A stretch of DNA of 54,361 nucleotides, from the NCBI GenBank assembly GCA_963928635.1, contig CAWVFT010000072.1, positions 1 through 54,361 of the forward strand, written 5' to 3'. The stretch comes from Bacillota bacterium (GTDB lineage Bacteria; Bacillota; Clostridia; TANB77; CAG-508). The position numbers and the translations under genes were made by a program. Under the pieces are notes generated by a model, which was given only the letters and a program-made list of their open reading frames with translations, searched no databases and was not told the DNA's origin. Below, piece by piece: positions 27,660-36,570 of this stretch; position 1 is the first letter of the stretch, and every line of letters begins with the position of its first letter.

Positions 27660-28027
27660 GTAAACTACCTCCTTTATCCTACAATTAAATGCTAATTATT
27701 CGTATTTCAACTATTATTATACATTAATTAGCAAAAAACTACAATAGAATTGTAGCTTTTTTTGATTACTTTTTTGTTACAGAAATATTACATTTTGGTT
27801 ACAAGGCTGTTTTTATCTCCGTAGTTTGAAATTTTTTTAATAAAAAATCTTTTAAAAGTCTTGAAATCAAGGCTTAAATTTTTGTCAGCTTTTTCTCCTT
27901 TTTGTATTGTGTTTTGTTCCGTTTTGCGATATGATTCATTTATCTTAAATTAAGGAGAAGAAAAACTTGACGGATATTATGCAAATTTTGTAAAGTTCGC
28001 TATTTAATTTGCTTTTAACTTATCTAC

Positions 28028-28261
28028 TTAACCTACTTCCCTTCGTAATAAAACTTTCCAATCAATAGCTTCTTTGCTTTCACCTATATTTCCTAATTTA
28101 ATTGTTTCTTCTTTTGCACTTCTTATGTCTTTTTGAGTCTTTTCTCGTCTAGATTTAAACTTTTCTCTTTTTTCTTTTCTATTATCTTCAAATTCTACTC
28201 TTTCGTCAAAATCCATATCTGTCTGTTCTTCGCCAATTTGCCCTTGTTGTTTTGCTTGTTT
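28028..28261 (-). pseudogene. Probable gene fragment (IDWKVLLRRE, reminiscent of VWA-associated proteins)
   Basis: Frame stays open upstream of the ATG to a stop at ~28262; no RBS; charged, coding-like composition. Confidence 0.3.
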
Positions 28262-28430
28262 ATGTCAAGTATTTTATCATTTTGTAGTGTTACAATTGAT
28301 GTGAAACAAAAACAATAGAGAAAATGATTCAAGTAGTATAATTGAGTTGTCAAAAAACAAATTATATAAAAGGACTTAAATCACTTATGAGTAATAATAT
28401 ATCATAAAAAAATAATTTTATAAAATTATT

Positions 28431-28991
28431 TTAAATATTTCTATTTTTGATATATTTTCCTGTAAATTCTTCTGCTAAAATGTCCATTCTTATTCTATCA
28501 TAATATTTTCCATCTAGGTAAATGCATTTTCTTCTTCGACCATACTCTTTAAATCCACACTTTTTGTAACAAGCTAATGCTCTTTCGTTAACTTCTAATA
28601 AATCTAGACAAATATTATTTAAATTTAAATAGTTAAATCCATAATCTAAAATTAATCTTATTGCTTCTGTTCCACATCCTTTATTTCTGGCTTTTGTATT
28701 TCCTATAAATATTCCTAAAGTCCCTATTCTGTTCAAATGGTCAATTTTCTCTAAAGATATTGTTCCAACTATTTCGTCTGTTTCTATCTCTATTATTCCA
28801 AATGTTGCTTCTTCTTTTATATGTTCTTCTAAAAATTGCTTTTCTACTTCTACTGTTATTATTCCACTGCTTTTACCTATATAGTCTGTTGTTTGAAAGT
28901 CATTTAGCCATTCTGTAATTTTTTCTGCATCTTGTGTTGTCATTGGTGATAAGTATATTTTTTCTCCTAATAATTTTTTAAAATATTTCAT
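28431..28991 (-). CDS. GNAT acetyltransferase, RimJ/RimL type
   Basis: GEKIYLSP, RNKGCGTEA acetyl-CoA loop, NERALACYKKCGF; ATG overlaps the upstream TAA. Confidence 0.9.
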   Translation of the reverse strand: MKYFKKLLGEKIYLSPMTTQDAEKITEWLNDFQTTDYIGKSSGIITVEVEKQFLEEHIKEEATFGIIEIETDEIVGTISLEKIDHLNRIGTLGIFIGNTKARNKGCGTEAIRLILDYGFNYLNLNNICLDLLEVNERALACYKKCGFKEYGRRRKCIYLDGKYYDRIRMDILAEEFTGKYIKNRNI

Positions 28992-29473
28992 TATTCCCAC
29001 CCTCCTATTTTTATTTCCATATTTAATCTTTGTATTATCATTCCTTGTGATTTGTAAAATTCTATTGCACTTTTATTAAAACTCCAACAGTTCAATTCTA
29101 TTCTACTGCAATTTAAGTTTTTTGCCATTTTGTGTATTTCTTGCATTAACAGACTTCCTATTCCTTTTCTTTTTGAATCTTCATCAACTACTATTTTACC
29201 AATATATAAAATGTTAGCGTCTTTTAAATTTTCGTGTTGTTCAACTTTTTTCATTTTATATATAGCAAATGCACAAACTTTGTTATTATCATTTACTGCA
29301 ACAATTATTTTTTGTTCTTGGCTTTCTATTATATCAATAATCTCTTTTTCTGCTTCTTCTTTTGTCATACTTTTAAACACATCTGGTCTGTTTTTACAAT
29401 GTAAATTCTGTACTTGAAGTAATAATTCTATTAATTCTTCTATATCTTCACCCCTAGCTTCTCTAGTATTCAT
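28991..29473 (-). CDS. GNAT acetyltransferase
   Basis: VVDEDSKRKGIGSLLM, NKSAIEFYKSQG; start reassigned to MNTREA. Confidence 0.9.
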   Translation of the reverse strand: MNTREARGEDIEELIELLLQVQNLHCKNRPDVFKSMTKEEAEKEIIDIIESQEQKIIVAVNDNNKVCAFAIYKMKKVEQHENLKDANILYIGKIVVDEDSKRKGIGSLLMQEIHKMAKNLNCSRIELNCWSFNKSAIEFYKSQGMIIQRLNMEIKIGGWE

Positions 29474-29480
29474 TTTTACT

Positions 29481-29634
29481 ATCATTCCTTTCCCAAGCCA
29501 CAAAACTGGTTGGAAAAGAATTGAATTTTGGCTAGGCAAACAAATTTGAAATTTATGAGGCGTACTCATGTACGTTGATTAAATTTCAAATGAAGTTTAA
29601 CGACGCCAAAATTGTAATTATTTTTCAACCTTTG
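29481..29634. repeat. Rod-like palindromic intergenic element
   Basis: Nested inverted repeats around a CGTACTCATGTACG apex; partial copy at 39936-39992. Confidence 0.7.
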
Positions 29635-29640
29635 TTCCCC

Positions 29641-30123
29641 CTATATTTTATATATGTAACTTACTTCTTTATATTCTCTTTGCCCTATTTCTATATATCT
29701 TTCTTTATACAATTTTCCTCCCATTTTTTCATAAAAGGCTCTTGCCTTTATATTTTCTTTTAAACACCATATAATTACTTCTTTATGTCCTCTTTCTTTT
29801 AAGATTTTCATAGTTTCTTTGACTAATAGTCTCCCTACTCCTTTTCCTCGTTGATCGTATTTTACATATAGTGCTTGTATTTCTCCGATTTTTTTACCGT
29901 CTTCTTCACTTTCTTTAAATCTACAATATCCTTTTATTTCTTTATCTACATATACTATTGATTTTTGATCTTGATATTTTTCTCTTATTCTTTTTGCTTT
30001 TTCTTTATAATCCAAATTTCTTAAGTATTCTTTATCTATTATTCCTTTATATGCTATTTGCCAGTCTTCAGTTATTATTTTTGCTATTTCGTCAATATCT
30101 TCTTTCTTATAGTATCTAATCAT
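29641..30123 (-). CDS. GNAT acetyltransferase
   Basis: WQIAYKGII, QRGKGVGRLL, NIKARAFYEKMGG. Confidence 0.9.
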   Translation of the reverse strand: MIRYYKKEDIDEIAKIITEDWQIAYKGIIDKEYLRNLDYKEKAKRIREKYQDQKSIVYVDKEIKGYCRFKESEEDGKKIGEIQALYVKYDQRGKGVGRLLVKETMKILKERGHKEVIIWCLKENIKARAFYEKMGGKLYKERYIEIGQREYKEVSYIYKI

Positions 30124-30135
30124 TTTCTCACCTTC

Positions 30136-30288
30136 TCACAATTTTAGTATTTCTTTTAAATATTTATCTGTAAACTCTTTAACCTCTTTTTCTTTTCCTT
30201 TAATTTTATCTATTAAATCATTTGCAACTTTATATGCTTCTGTTGGAAATACTAATTCTAATTCTCCATAAGCTTTATTTTTGCTCAT
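30136..30288 (-). CDS. 50-aa ORF, possible deletion remnant
   Basis: MSKNKAYGELELVFPTEAYK...; GGAG RBS; fills the gap between two GNAT genes. Confidence 0.5.
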   Translation of the reverse strand: MSKNKAYGELELVFPTEAYKVANDLIDKIKGKEKEVKEFTDKYLKEILKL

Positions 30289-30289
30289 T

Positions 30290-30839
30290 TTAATCGCTCC
30301 ATTCAATAAATTCTTCTTTTAATAATCCTGTAATACATTCATCTTCATATTTATTAGTAGCTAAACATAAAAATTTTTTTCTTTTAATTCCTTCTTCTTT
30401 ATATCCTAATTTTTCTTGCATTTTTTTTGATTTATTATTTCCAGAAAAATATCCATTTTCTATTCTTCTTAAGCCTAATTTTGCAAAACAATATTTGATT
30501 CTAGCACTAAATGCTTCTGTTCCATATCCATTTTTTTGATATTTTTCATTTAGCCATATTCCACCACTAGCAGTTCCATCTTTTGTATTTATATTTGCAA
30601 TTTCAATTCCTCCTATTACCTTATTATTTTCTTTTAATACTATTGCTAAAGGTATTCTCACTTTTTCATCCTGATTTTTAGCCCATTTAATAAAATTTCT
30701 AGCATCATTTTCTGTATATGGAAATGGTACTCCTGCTAGCCATTTTGATACCTCTATGTTATTTAATCCTTCTATTAAATCATTTACATCTTCGTTTTTC
30801 CAACTTCTTAAAAATTAATCTTTTACTTTCAATTTTCAT
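30290..30839 (-). pseudogene. RimJ/RimL GNAT with a +1 frameshift near codon 10
   Basis: MKIESKRLI continues in the +1 frame as (L)RSWKNEDVNDLIEGLNNIEVSKWLAGVPFPYT into the 30290-30661 ORF; extra T in the T5 run at 30810-30814. Confidence 0.8.
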
Positions 30840-30848
30840 TTTAAAATC

Positions 30849-30908
30849 CATTCCTTTCTCGCTTTGTTCTAAAGACACACATAGTAATGAAAGAATTCTT
30901 TCAAACTA
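30849..30908 (-). repeat. 60-bp RBS-bearing repeat, copy 2
   Basis: 57/60 identical to 5135-5194. Confidence 0.85.
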
Positions 30909-30919
30909 ACTACCCTAGC

Positions 30920-30961
30920 AAAAAAGCCTTGCAAAGAATCTTTTAAGACTCCTCGCAAGAC
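30920..30961 (-). terminator. Intrinsic terminator within the GNAT operon 5' leader
   Basis: GTCTTGCGAGGAGTCTT/AAGATTCTTTGCAAGGC stem followed by T6. Confidence 0.75.
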
Positions 30962-31053
30962 TATATCTTACTTTATCGTGTAAGTAACATCTATTTTGTT
31001 ACTCTTTACCGCTCAAGTTTATCACTTTAGGTAAACTCTTAAAATATGTCTTT

Positions 31054-31082
31054 ATTTTAGCATCTATTTTTAGTTATGTCAA
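31054..31082 (-). promoter_or_regulatory. sigma-A promoter of the GNAT operon
   Basis: TTGACA-N17-TAAAAT with extended -10 TG. Confidence 0.7.
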
Positions 31083-31161
31083 GCATTTTTATCATTTTGC
31101 ATTTACATTCTTGCATTTTTATATTATAATTTATGCAAACTATATTTTTAAAGGAGTTCAT

Positions 31162-31638
31162 ATGAATACATATAAATATTTATCAAAATCTAGTGATAAT
31201 ACATTAAAATTAGGTAAAGCACTTGCAAAATATTTGAAAAATAAAGATATAATTGTACTTTCAGGTGAATTGGGAGCTGGTAAAACAAAATTAACAGAAG
31301 GAATCTTGACATACTTTGATTTGCAAGATGAAATATCTAGCCCTACATTTACTATTGTTAATGAATATATTAAAGAAGATATTAATATATACCATTTTGA
31401 TACATATAGATTATCAGATTCATCTGAATTTTATGAAATAGGTGGAGAAGAATATTTTGAAAAAGGCATTTGCATTATAGAATGGGGAGAACTAATATCA
31501 GATGCCATACCAGAAGAACATTTAGAAATCAAAATCGAAAAAGATTCAAAACAAGAAAATTACAGAAATTTTTATTTTTTTGCATATGGTGAAAGATACG
31601 AAAATTTATTAAAAAAATTAGAGGAGGAATTACAGTGA
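31162..31638 (+). CDS. tsaE: tRNA t6A biosynthesis ATPase TsaE
   Basis: GELGAGKT, SSPTFTIVNEY, YHFDTYRL, IIEWG; AAAGGAG RBS. Confidence 0.95.
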   Translation: MNTYKYLSKSSDNTLKLGKALAKYLKNKDIIVLSGELGAGKTKLTEGILTYFDLQDEISSPTFTIVNEYIKEDINIYHFDTYRLSDSSEFYEIGGEEYFEKGICIIEWGELISDAIPEEHLEIKIEKDSKQENYRNFYFFAYGERYENLLKKLEEELQ

Positions 31639-32738
31639 AAATATTATGTATTGATACCTCAAGTAAATTGTGTAGTGTAGCAATATTAGAAGATAAAGAA
31701 CTTATAAAAAAAATCGAATTAAATAATGGTTTAACACATTCTGAATCTTTAATGCCTAATATTAAAAATGTATTTGAAGATGCTAGATTAACTATAAATG
31801 ATATTAATCTAATTGTATGTGATATAGGTCCTGGCTCATTTACTGGCATTAGAATTGGAATTGCTACAGCTAAAGCTTTTTCTGATAGTTTAAATATTCC
31901 AACAATAGGGATTAATTCTCTTGAATGTTTAGCTCACAATGTGCAAAAAACTGGCATTATTTGTAGCATTATTGATTGTAAAAATAACAATTGCTATTTT
32001 GCTTTATATAAATTTGAAAATGGTAAATATGTTATTCTAAATTCTCCTGAAGCAACTTCTATAGATAATCTTATAGAATTATTAAAAACTAATTATTCTA
32101 GTGAAAATATTTATTTTGTTGGAGATGGAGCAATAATTTATAAGGAGCAGATTAAAAATATTCTTAAAAATTATGAATTTAATGCAACAGATTTAGATAT
32201 ATATAATTTAGGAGTAGCTGGATTAGAAAAATATTTAAATTTAGGTAAAGGAGAAAACATCCTTCCTCTATATTTAAAAAAGCCACAGGCTCAAAGACAA
32301 CTTGAATCTAAAAAATTTGAAATACATGACATGACACTTGATGATATCAATTTAATCGATTTTAAGGACTTTAATACTTTTTGGAATAAATCAACATTAG
32401 AAGATGAGTTAGAAGCCAATAATACTAAGTATTTTAAAGTCACTTTAGAAAATGAAATAATTGGTTTTGCTGGAATAAAAATCATTTTAGATAATGCTGA
32501 TTTAATGAACATAGTTGTACATAATTCATATTTAAGACAGAGCATAGCTTCACTTCTATTAAATAAGATATTAGACTTTTGTAAGAAAAATCATATCAGT
32601 TCAGTAAATTTAGAGGTTAATGAAAAAAATATACCTGCAATAAATTTATATAAAAAATTTGGTTTTGTAGAAGTTGGTAGGAGAAAAAAATATTATGATA
32701 ACAAAGATGATGCAATTTTAATGCAAATAGGGATTTAG
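31635..32738 (+). CDS. tsaB: TsaB fused to RimI-type acetyltransferase
   Basis: ILCIDTS, HSESLMP, GPGSFTGIRIG; C-terminal LEVNEKNIPAINLYKKFGF..VGRRKKYY...DAILM. Confidence 0.9.
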   Translation: MKILCIDTSSKLCSVAILEDKELIKKIELNNGLTHSESLMPNIKNVFEDARLTINDINLIVCDIGPGSFTGIRIGIATAKAFSDSLNIPTIGINSLECLAHNVQKTGIICSIIDCKNNNCYFALYKFENGKYVILNSPEATSIDNLIELLKTNYSSENIYFVGDGAIIYKEQIKNILKNYEFNATDLDIYNLGVAGLEKYLNLGKGENILPLYLKKPQAQRQLESKKFEIHDMTLDDINLIDFKDFNTFWNKSTLEDELEANNTKYFKVTLENEIIGFAGIKIILDNADLMNIVVHNSYLRQSIASLLLNKILDFCKKNHISSVNLEVNEKNIPAINLYKKFGFVEVGRRKKYYDNKDDAILMQIGI

Positions 32739-32794
32739 GGACGTATCTCAAAATCCCTAAATTTGGGGATTTTGAGATACGTCCCTAAATCCCT
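32729..32794. repeat. Palindromic GGGAC-type REP-like element
   Basis: agggatttagggacgtatctcaaaatccc and its inverse; half copy at 43561-43590. Confidence 0.8.
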
Positions 32795-33596
32795 ACACAT
32801 ATTTTTCTATTTTCAAAACTGTTCTTCCACTTCTTGTTGTTCCTGCATATTCTTTTATTATGAATCTTCCTTTTCCTCTTATTGTGATGATGTCATTTAA
32901 TTTTAAGTTTTTTGATACTTTTGTTTCATTTTGTCCATTTACAAATACTCTTTCTTGGTTTATTATTTGAACTGCTTTATTTCTAGATGTTTTTGCTAAA
33001 TCTGATACAATGTTATCAAGTCTTAATGATGGTACTATTATACTTATTTCTTCTACTTTTATTTCTTGTTTTCTGATATTTTCTATTTCTTCAATTTCTA
33101 TTTTTGCATTTTGAAATCTTGTTAATGTTCCAAGTTCATGTTTTAAACTTTCTGCTATTTCTTCTTTTACGATTATATCTGCTCCATCATTTGATACTAG
33201 TATATCTCCTACTTTTTCTCTTTTTATTCCCAATTTTACTATTCCACCTAAATAATTTCTATGAGAGTATTTGCCTTTTTCTTCTTCTGGTAAATTGATT
33301 CTTATTATTTTGAATATTTTGTTATAGTTCTTTTGTACCATATCTAAATTGTATGTTTCTGGATAGAATATTGCTATTTGTCTTTCTGAATTTTGAAATC
33401 CACCATATAATATATATGTGTTGCATTGTATTTTTCTTAAGAAGTTTCTTACCAATGAGACTTGGTACATATCTAGAAAATCGCTATATTCTATTTTATT
33501 TCTTTTTGCACAAAATTCTAGCTTGTCCAATATTTGTGATAACAAGATTTTTTCTTCTTGTTTCTTGTATTCGTCTAATATGTTTTGTTTTGACAT
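32793..33596 (-). CDS. ylmH: YlmH/Sll1252 S4-domain RNA-binding protein
   Basis: SHRNYLGG, REKVGDI, SLRLDNIVS, DIITIRGKGR. Confidence 0.9.
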   Translation of the reverse strand: MSKQNILDEYKKQEEKILLSQILDKLEFCAKRNKIEYSDFLDMYQVSLVRNFLRKIQCNTYILYGGFQNSERQIAIFYPETYNLDMVQKNYNKIFKIIRINLPEEEKGKYSHRNYLGGIVKLGIKREKVGDILVSNDGADIIVKEEIAESLKHELGTLTRFQNAKIEIEEIENIRKQEIKVEEISIIVPSLRLDNIVSDLAKTSRNKAVQIINQERVFVNGQNETKVSKNLKLNDIITIRGKGRFIIKEYAGTTRSGRTVLKIEKYV

Positions 33597-33682
33597 TATA
33601 TATTTTTCCTTCCTTTATCTTTTTATTATTCGTTTTAGTTAAAAAAAATTGAAATTTTTATTATTCTACACTTCAAATTTTT

Positions 33683-35545
33683 TTAATCTTTATTTATTTC
33701 TTTTAAAATATCATTATATATTTTTTCTTCATCTAGTCCATATATTTTTTCTAATTCTGCTACACTTCCGTGTTGTATAAATTTATCTGGATAAGCATAA
33801 TTTAATATCTTTTTATCTTTTATTCCATTTTCGGCAATAACTTCACTTACTGCTGTAGCTAAACCGTTTATAATTGTTCCATCTTCTATTGTAACAACTA
33901 TTTTAGTTTTTATTATAGATTCTTTTATTTTTTCTTTATCTAATGGTTTTAAAAACCTGGAATTTATAACAGTTGCTTTTATGCCTTCTTTTTGCAATTT
34001 TTCTGCTATTTTCATTGCTCTGGCAACCATTTTTCCAATTGCTATTATTGTTATATCTTCTCCATCTTTTAATAATTCTGCTTTACCTAATTCTATTTTA
34101 TTTTCTGTTTCAAATTTATAGTCTTCTTCTCCACCTCTTGGATATCTTATAACTACTGGCTTTCCTAAATTTACTGCAAATTCTAACATATCTTCCAATT
34201 CTTTGAAATCTTTTGGTGCTAATATGTTTAAGTTTGGCACTAACCTAAAAAATGACATATCTAATAATCCTTGATGTGTTTCTCCATCTGCTCCAACTGC
34301 TCCTGCTCTATCTACACACATAACTACTGGTAATTCTTGTATCGCTACATCATGGATTACTTGATCATATGCTCTTTGATAAAAAGATGAGTATATTGGA
34401 ACTACTGGTATCATTCCTTCTTTTGCCATTCCTGCTGCAAGTCCAATTGCATGTTGTTCTGCAATTCCTATATCAAAAAATCTATCTGGGTATTGTTTTT
34501 GAAATTCTGTTAATCCTGTTCCGTCTTTCATTGATGCTGTTACTGCAACTATTTTGGGATTGTCTTTTGCAAGTTCTACTAATTTTTTTCCAAATATTTT
34601 TGAATAATCATCTTTTTTCTTTGATTTTGCTTCTCCTGTTTCTATATTAAATGGTCCTGTTGCATGGAATTTATCTGGATTTTCTTCTGCTATTTTATAT
34701 CCTTTTCCTTTTTTAGTTAATACATGCACTAATACTGGTGCCTCTACCTGTTTACTTAGTTTTAATATGTTTTCTAACTCTTGTATATTATGCCCATCAA
34801 CAGGTCCTAAATATGTAAATCCTATATCTTCGAAAAACATTTTTGGAATTATCAATTGCTTTATACTTCTTTTTACTCTTTGTACTATCCTTACAAATGG
34901 CTTTCCTACTAATGGTATTTTTAAGATTATTTTTTTAGCAGATATATTAGATTTGGTGTATAATTTTTTCGTTCTTAATTTACTTAGAAACATATTTAAT
35001 CCACCAACATTTTTTGAGATACTCATTTCATTGTCATTTAATATTACTGTCATTTTGCATTGGCTATATCCTGCATCGTTTAAAGCTTCTATTGCCATTC
35101 CACCTGTTAATGCTCCATCTCCTATTACTGCTACAACTGAATTGTCTTTTCCAATTATGTCTCTTGCTCTTGCCATTCCTAATGCTGCTGAAATTGATGT
35201 ACTACTATGTCCTGTATTAAAGCAGTCTGCTTCAGATTCTTTTGTTTTAGGAAATCCTGCTATTCCATTTAGCTTTCTTAGTGTTTTTAAGTTTTCTTTT
35301 CTTCCAGTTAATATTTTGTGAACATATGTCTGATGTCCAACATCCCAAATTATTTTATCTTCTGGCACATTATATACACTATGTAATGCTATTGTTAATT
35401 CAACAACACCTAAATTTGAAGCTAGATGCCCTCCATTTTCTGATACTATTTCTAATATATATTTTCTTATATCTTTTGCTAGTTCTTCTTTTTCTGCTAT
35501 ATTTAGCTTTTTTAAGTCTTCTACTGAATTTATTTTTTCTAACAT
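33683..35545 (-). CDS. dxs: 1-deoxy-D-xylulose-5-phosphate synthase
   Basis: GGHLASNLGVVELT, WDVGHQ, GDGALTGG, GIAEQHA, GADGETHQG. Confidence 0.97.
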   Translation of the reverse strand: MLEKINSVEDLKKLNIAEKEELAKDIRKYILEIVSENGGHLASNLGVVELTIALHSVYNVPEDKIIWDVGHQTYVHKILTGRKENLKTLRKLNGIAGFPKTKESEADCFNTGHSSTSISAALGMARARDIIGKDNSVVAVIGDGALTGGMAIEALNDAGYSQCKMTVILNDNEMSISKNVGGLNMFLSKLRTKKLYTKSNISAKKIILKIPLVGKPFVRIVQRVKRSIKQLIIPKMFFEDIGFTYLGPVDGHNIQELENILKLSKQVEAPVLVHVLTKKGKGYKIAEENPDKFHATGPFNIETGEAKSKKKDDYSKIFGKKLVELAKDNPKIVAVTASMKDGTGLTEFQKQYPDRFFDIGIAEQHAIGLAAGMAKEGMIPVVPIYSSFYQRAYDQVIHDVAIQELPVVMCVDRAGAVGADGETHQGLLDMSFFRLVPNLNILAPKDFKELEDMLEFAVNLGKPVVIRYPRGGEEDYKFETENKIELGKAELLKDGEDITIIAIGKMVARAMKIAEKLQKEGIKATVINSRFLKPLDKEKIKESIIKTKIVVTIEDGTIINGLATAVSEVIAENGIKDKKILNYAYPDKFIQHGSVAELEKIYGLDEEKIYNDILKEINKD

Positions 35546-35690
35546 TTCTACCACCAATTTTAATAATTTGGTTTATTTTATCACATTTTTCAGGTTTTTT
35601 AAAGTATTAAGGATAACTTATATGTTAAAAAGTTGGAAAATACTTTTTATTTCCAACTTTTTGTATTAATTACTATTTTTTATCATATAT

Positions 35691-35748
35691 AACCTGTCCC
35701 AGATTAACCATTTTTGGTTCAATGGGACCTGTCCCCAATTGACCATTT
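35691..35748. repeat. GGGGACAGGT-type REP-like element
   Basis: aatgggacctgtccccaatt shared with 37862-37932. Confidence 0.7.
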
Positions 35749-35756
35749 TCCATCTC

Positions 35757-36542
35757 TTATCTAGCAAAATATATTGCAATTACTACTAATCCTAATAATA
35801 CTCTATATATTGCAAATACTTTGAAGCTACCTTTTTGTAGATATTTTAATAAAAATTTGATTACTAGTAATCCTACTAAAAAACTTGATAATACTCCTAC
35901 TATAAAAGGTATTCCAAATACAAAATCTTTAAATTTATACAATGTTGCGCCTAACACTATTGGTGTTGATAATAGAAATGAATATTTAGCTGTTGATTCT
36001 CTGTCAACTCCCATTATTCTACCTGTTGTCATTGTTACGCCTGAACGTGATACTCCTGGTATAAATGCTAATGCTTGTGATATACCTATTATAAATGTTT
36101 GCTTAAATGTCATATGCTCATAATCTGTTTTTTTAGGTGCTTTTTTATCAGCAACATATAGAATTATACCCATTACTATTAATGCTCCTGCAATTAATAG
36201 TGGCATGTTTAGTGCATCACCTACAAAATAATCTAATAAAAATCCTATTATTCCACCAGGTATTGTAGCTGCAACTAAGTACCAAAACATTTTTCCTTCA
36301 AATGTTTTCTTTTTCTTTATTACTTGCTCATATCCTCCTTTTACTAGTTTTATCCAGTCTTTAAAAAAGTATATTACTATTGCAAGTAATGTACCAAAAT
36401 GTAATGCTACATCAAAACTTTCTGGTATATTCCAGTTAAAAATCCAAGGTATCAAATTTAAATGTGCTGAACTTGATATTGGCAATAGTTCTGTTAGACC
36501 TTGAACTACTCCTAATACTAATGCTTGTAAAATTTCATTCAT
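35757..36542 (-). CDS. uppP: Undecaprenyl-diphosphate phosphatase
   Basis: QGLTELLPISSSAH, PGVSRSG, multi-TM. Confidence 0.95.
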   Translation of the reverse strand: MNEILQALVLGVVQGLTELLPISSSAHLNLIPWIFNWNIPESFDVALHFGTLLAIVIYFFKDWIKLVKGGYEQVIKKKKTFEGKMFWYLVAATIPGGIIGFLLDYFVGDALNMPLLIAGALIVMGIILYVADKKAPKKTDYEHMTFKQTFIIGISQALAFIPGVSRSGVTMTTGRIMGVDRESTAKYSFLLSTPIVLGATLYKFKDFVFGIPFIVGVLSSFLVGLLVIKFLLKYLQKGSFKVFAIYRVLLGLVVIAIYFAR

Positions 36543-36570
36543 GTTGTAAACCCCTTTCTATCTTTTGCAA

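Noticed and set aside
29474-29569. N-terminal extension of the second GNAT
   Set aside because: Runs through the palindromic repeat element; the RBS supports 29473
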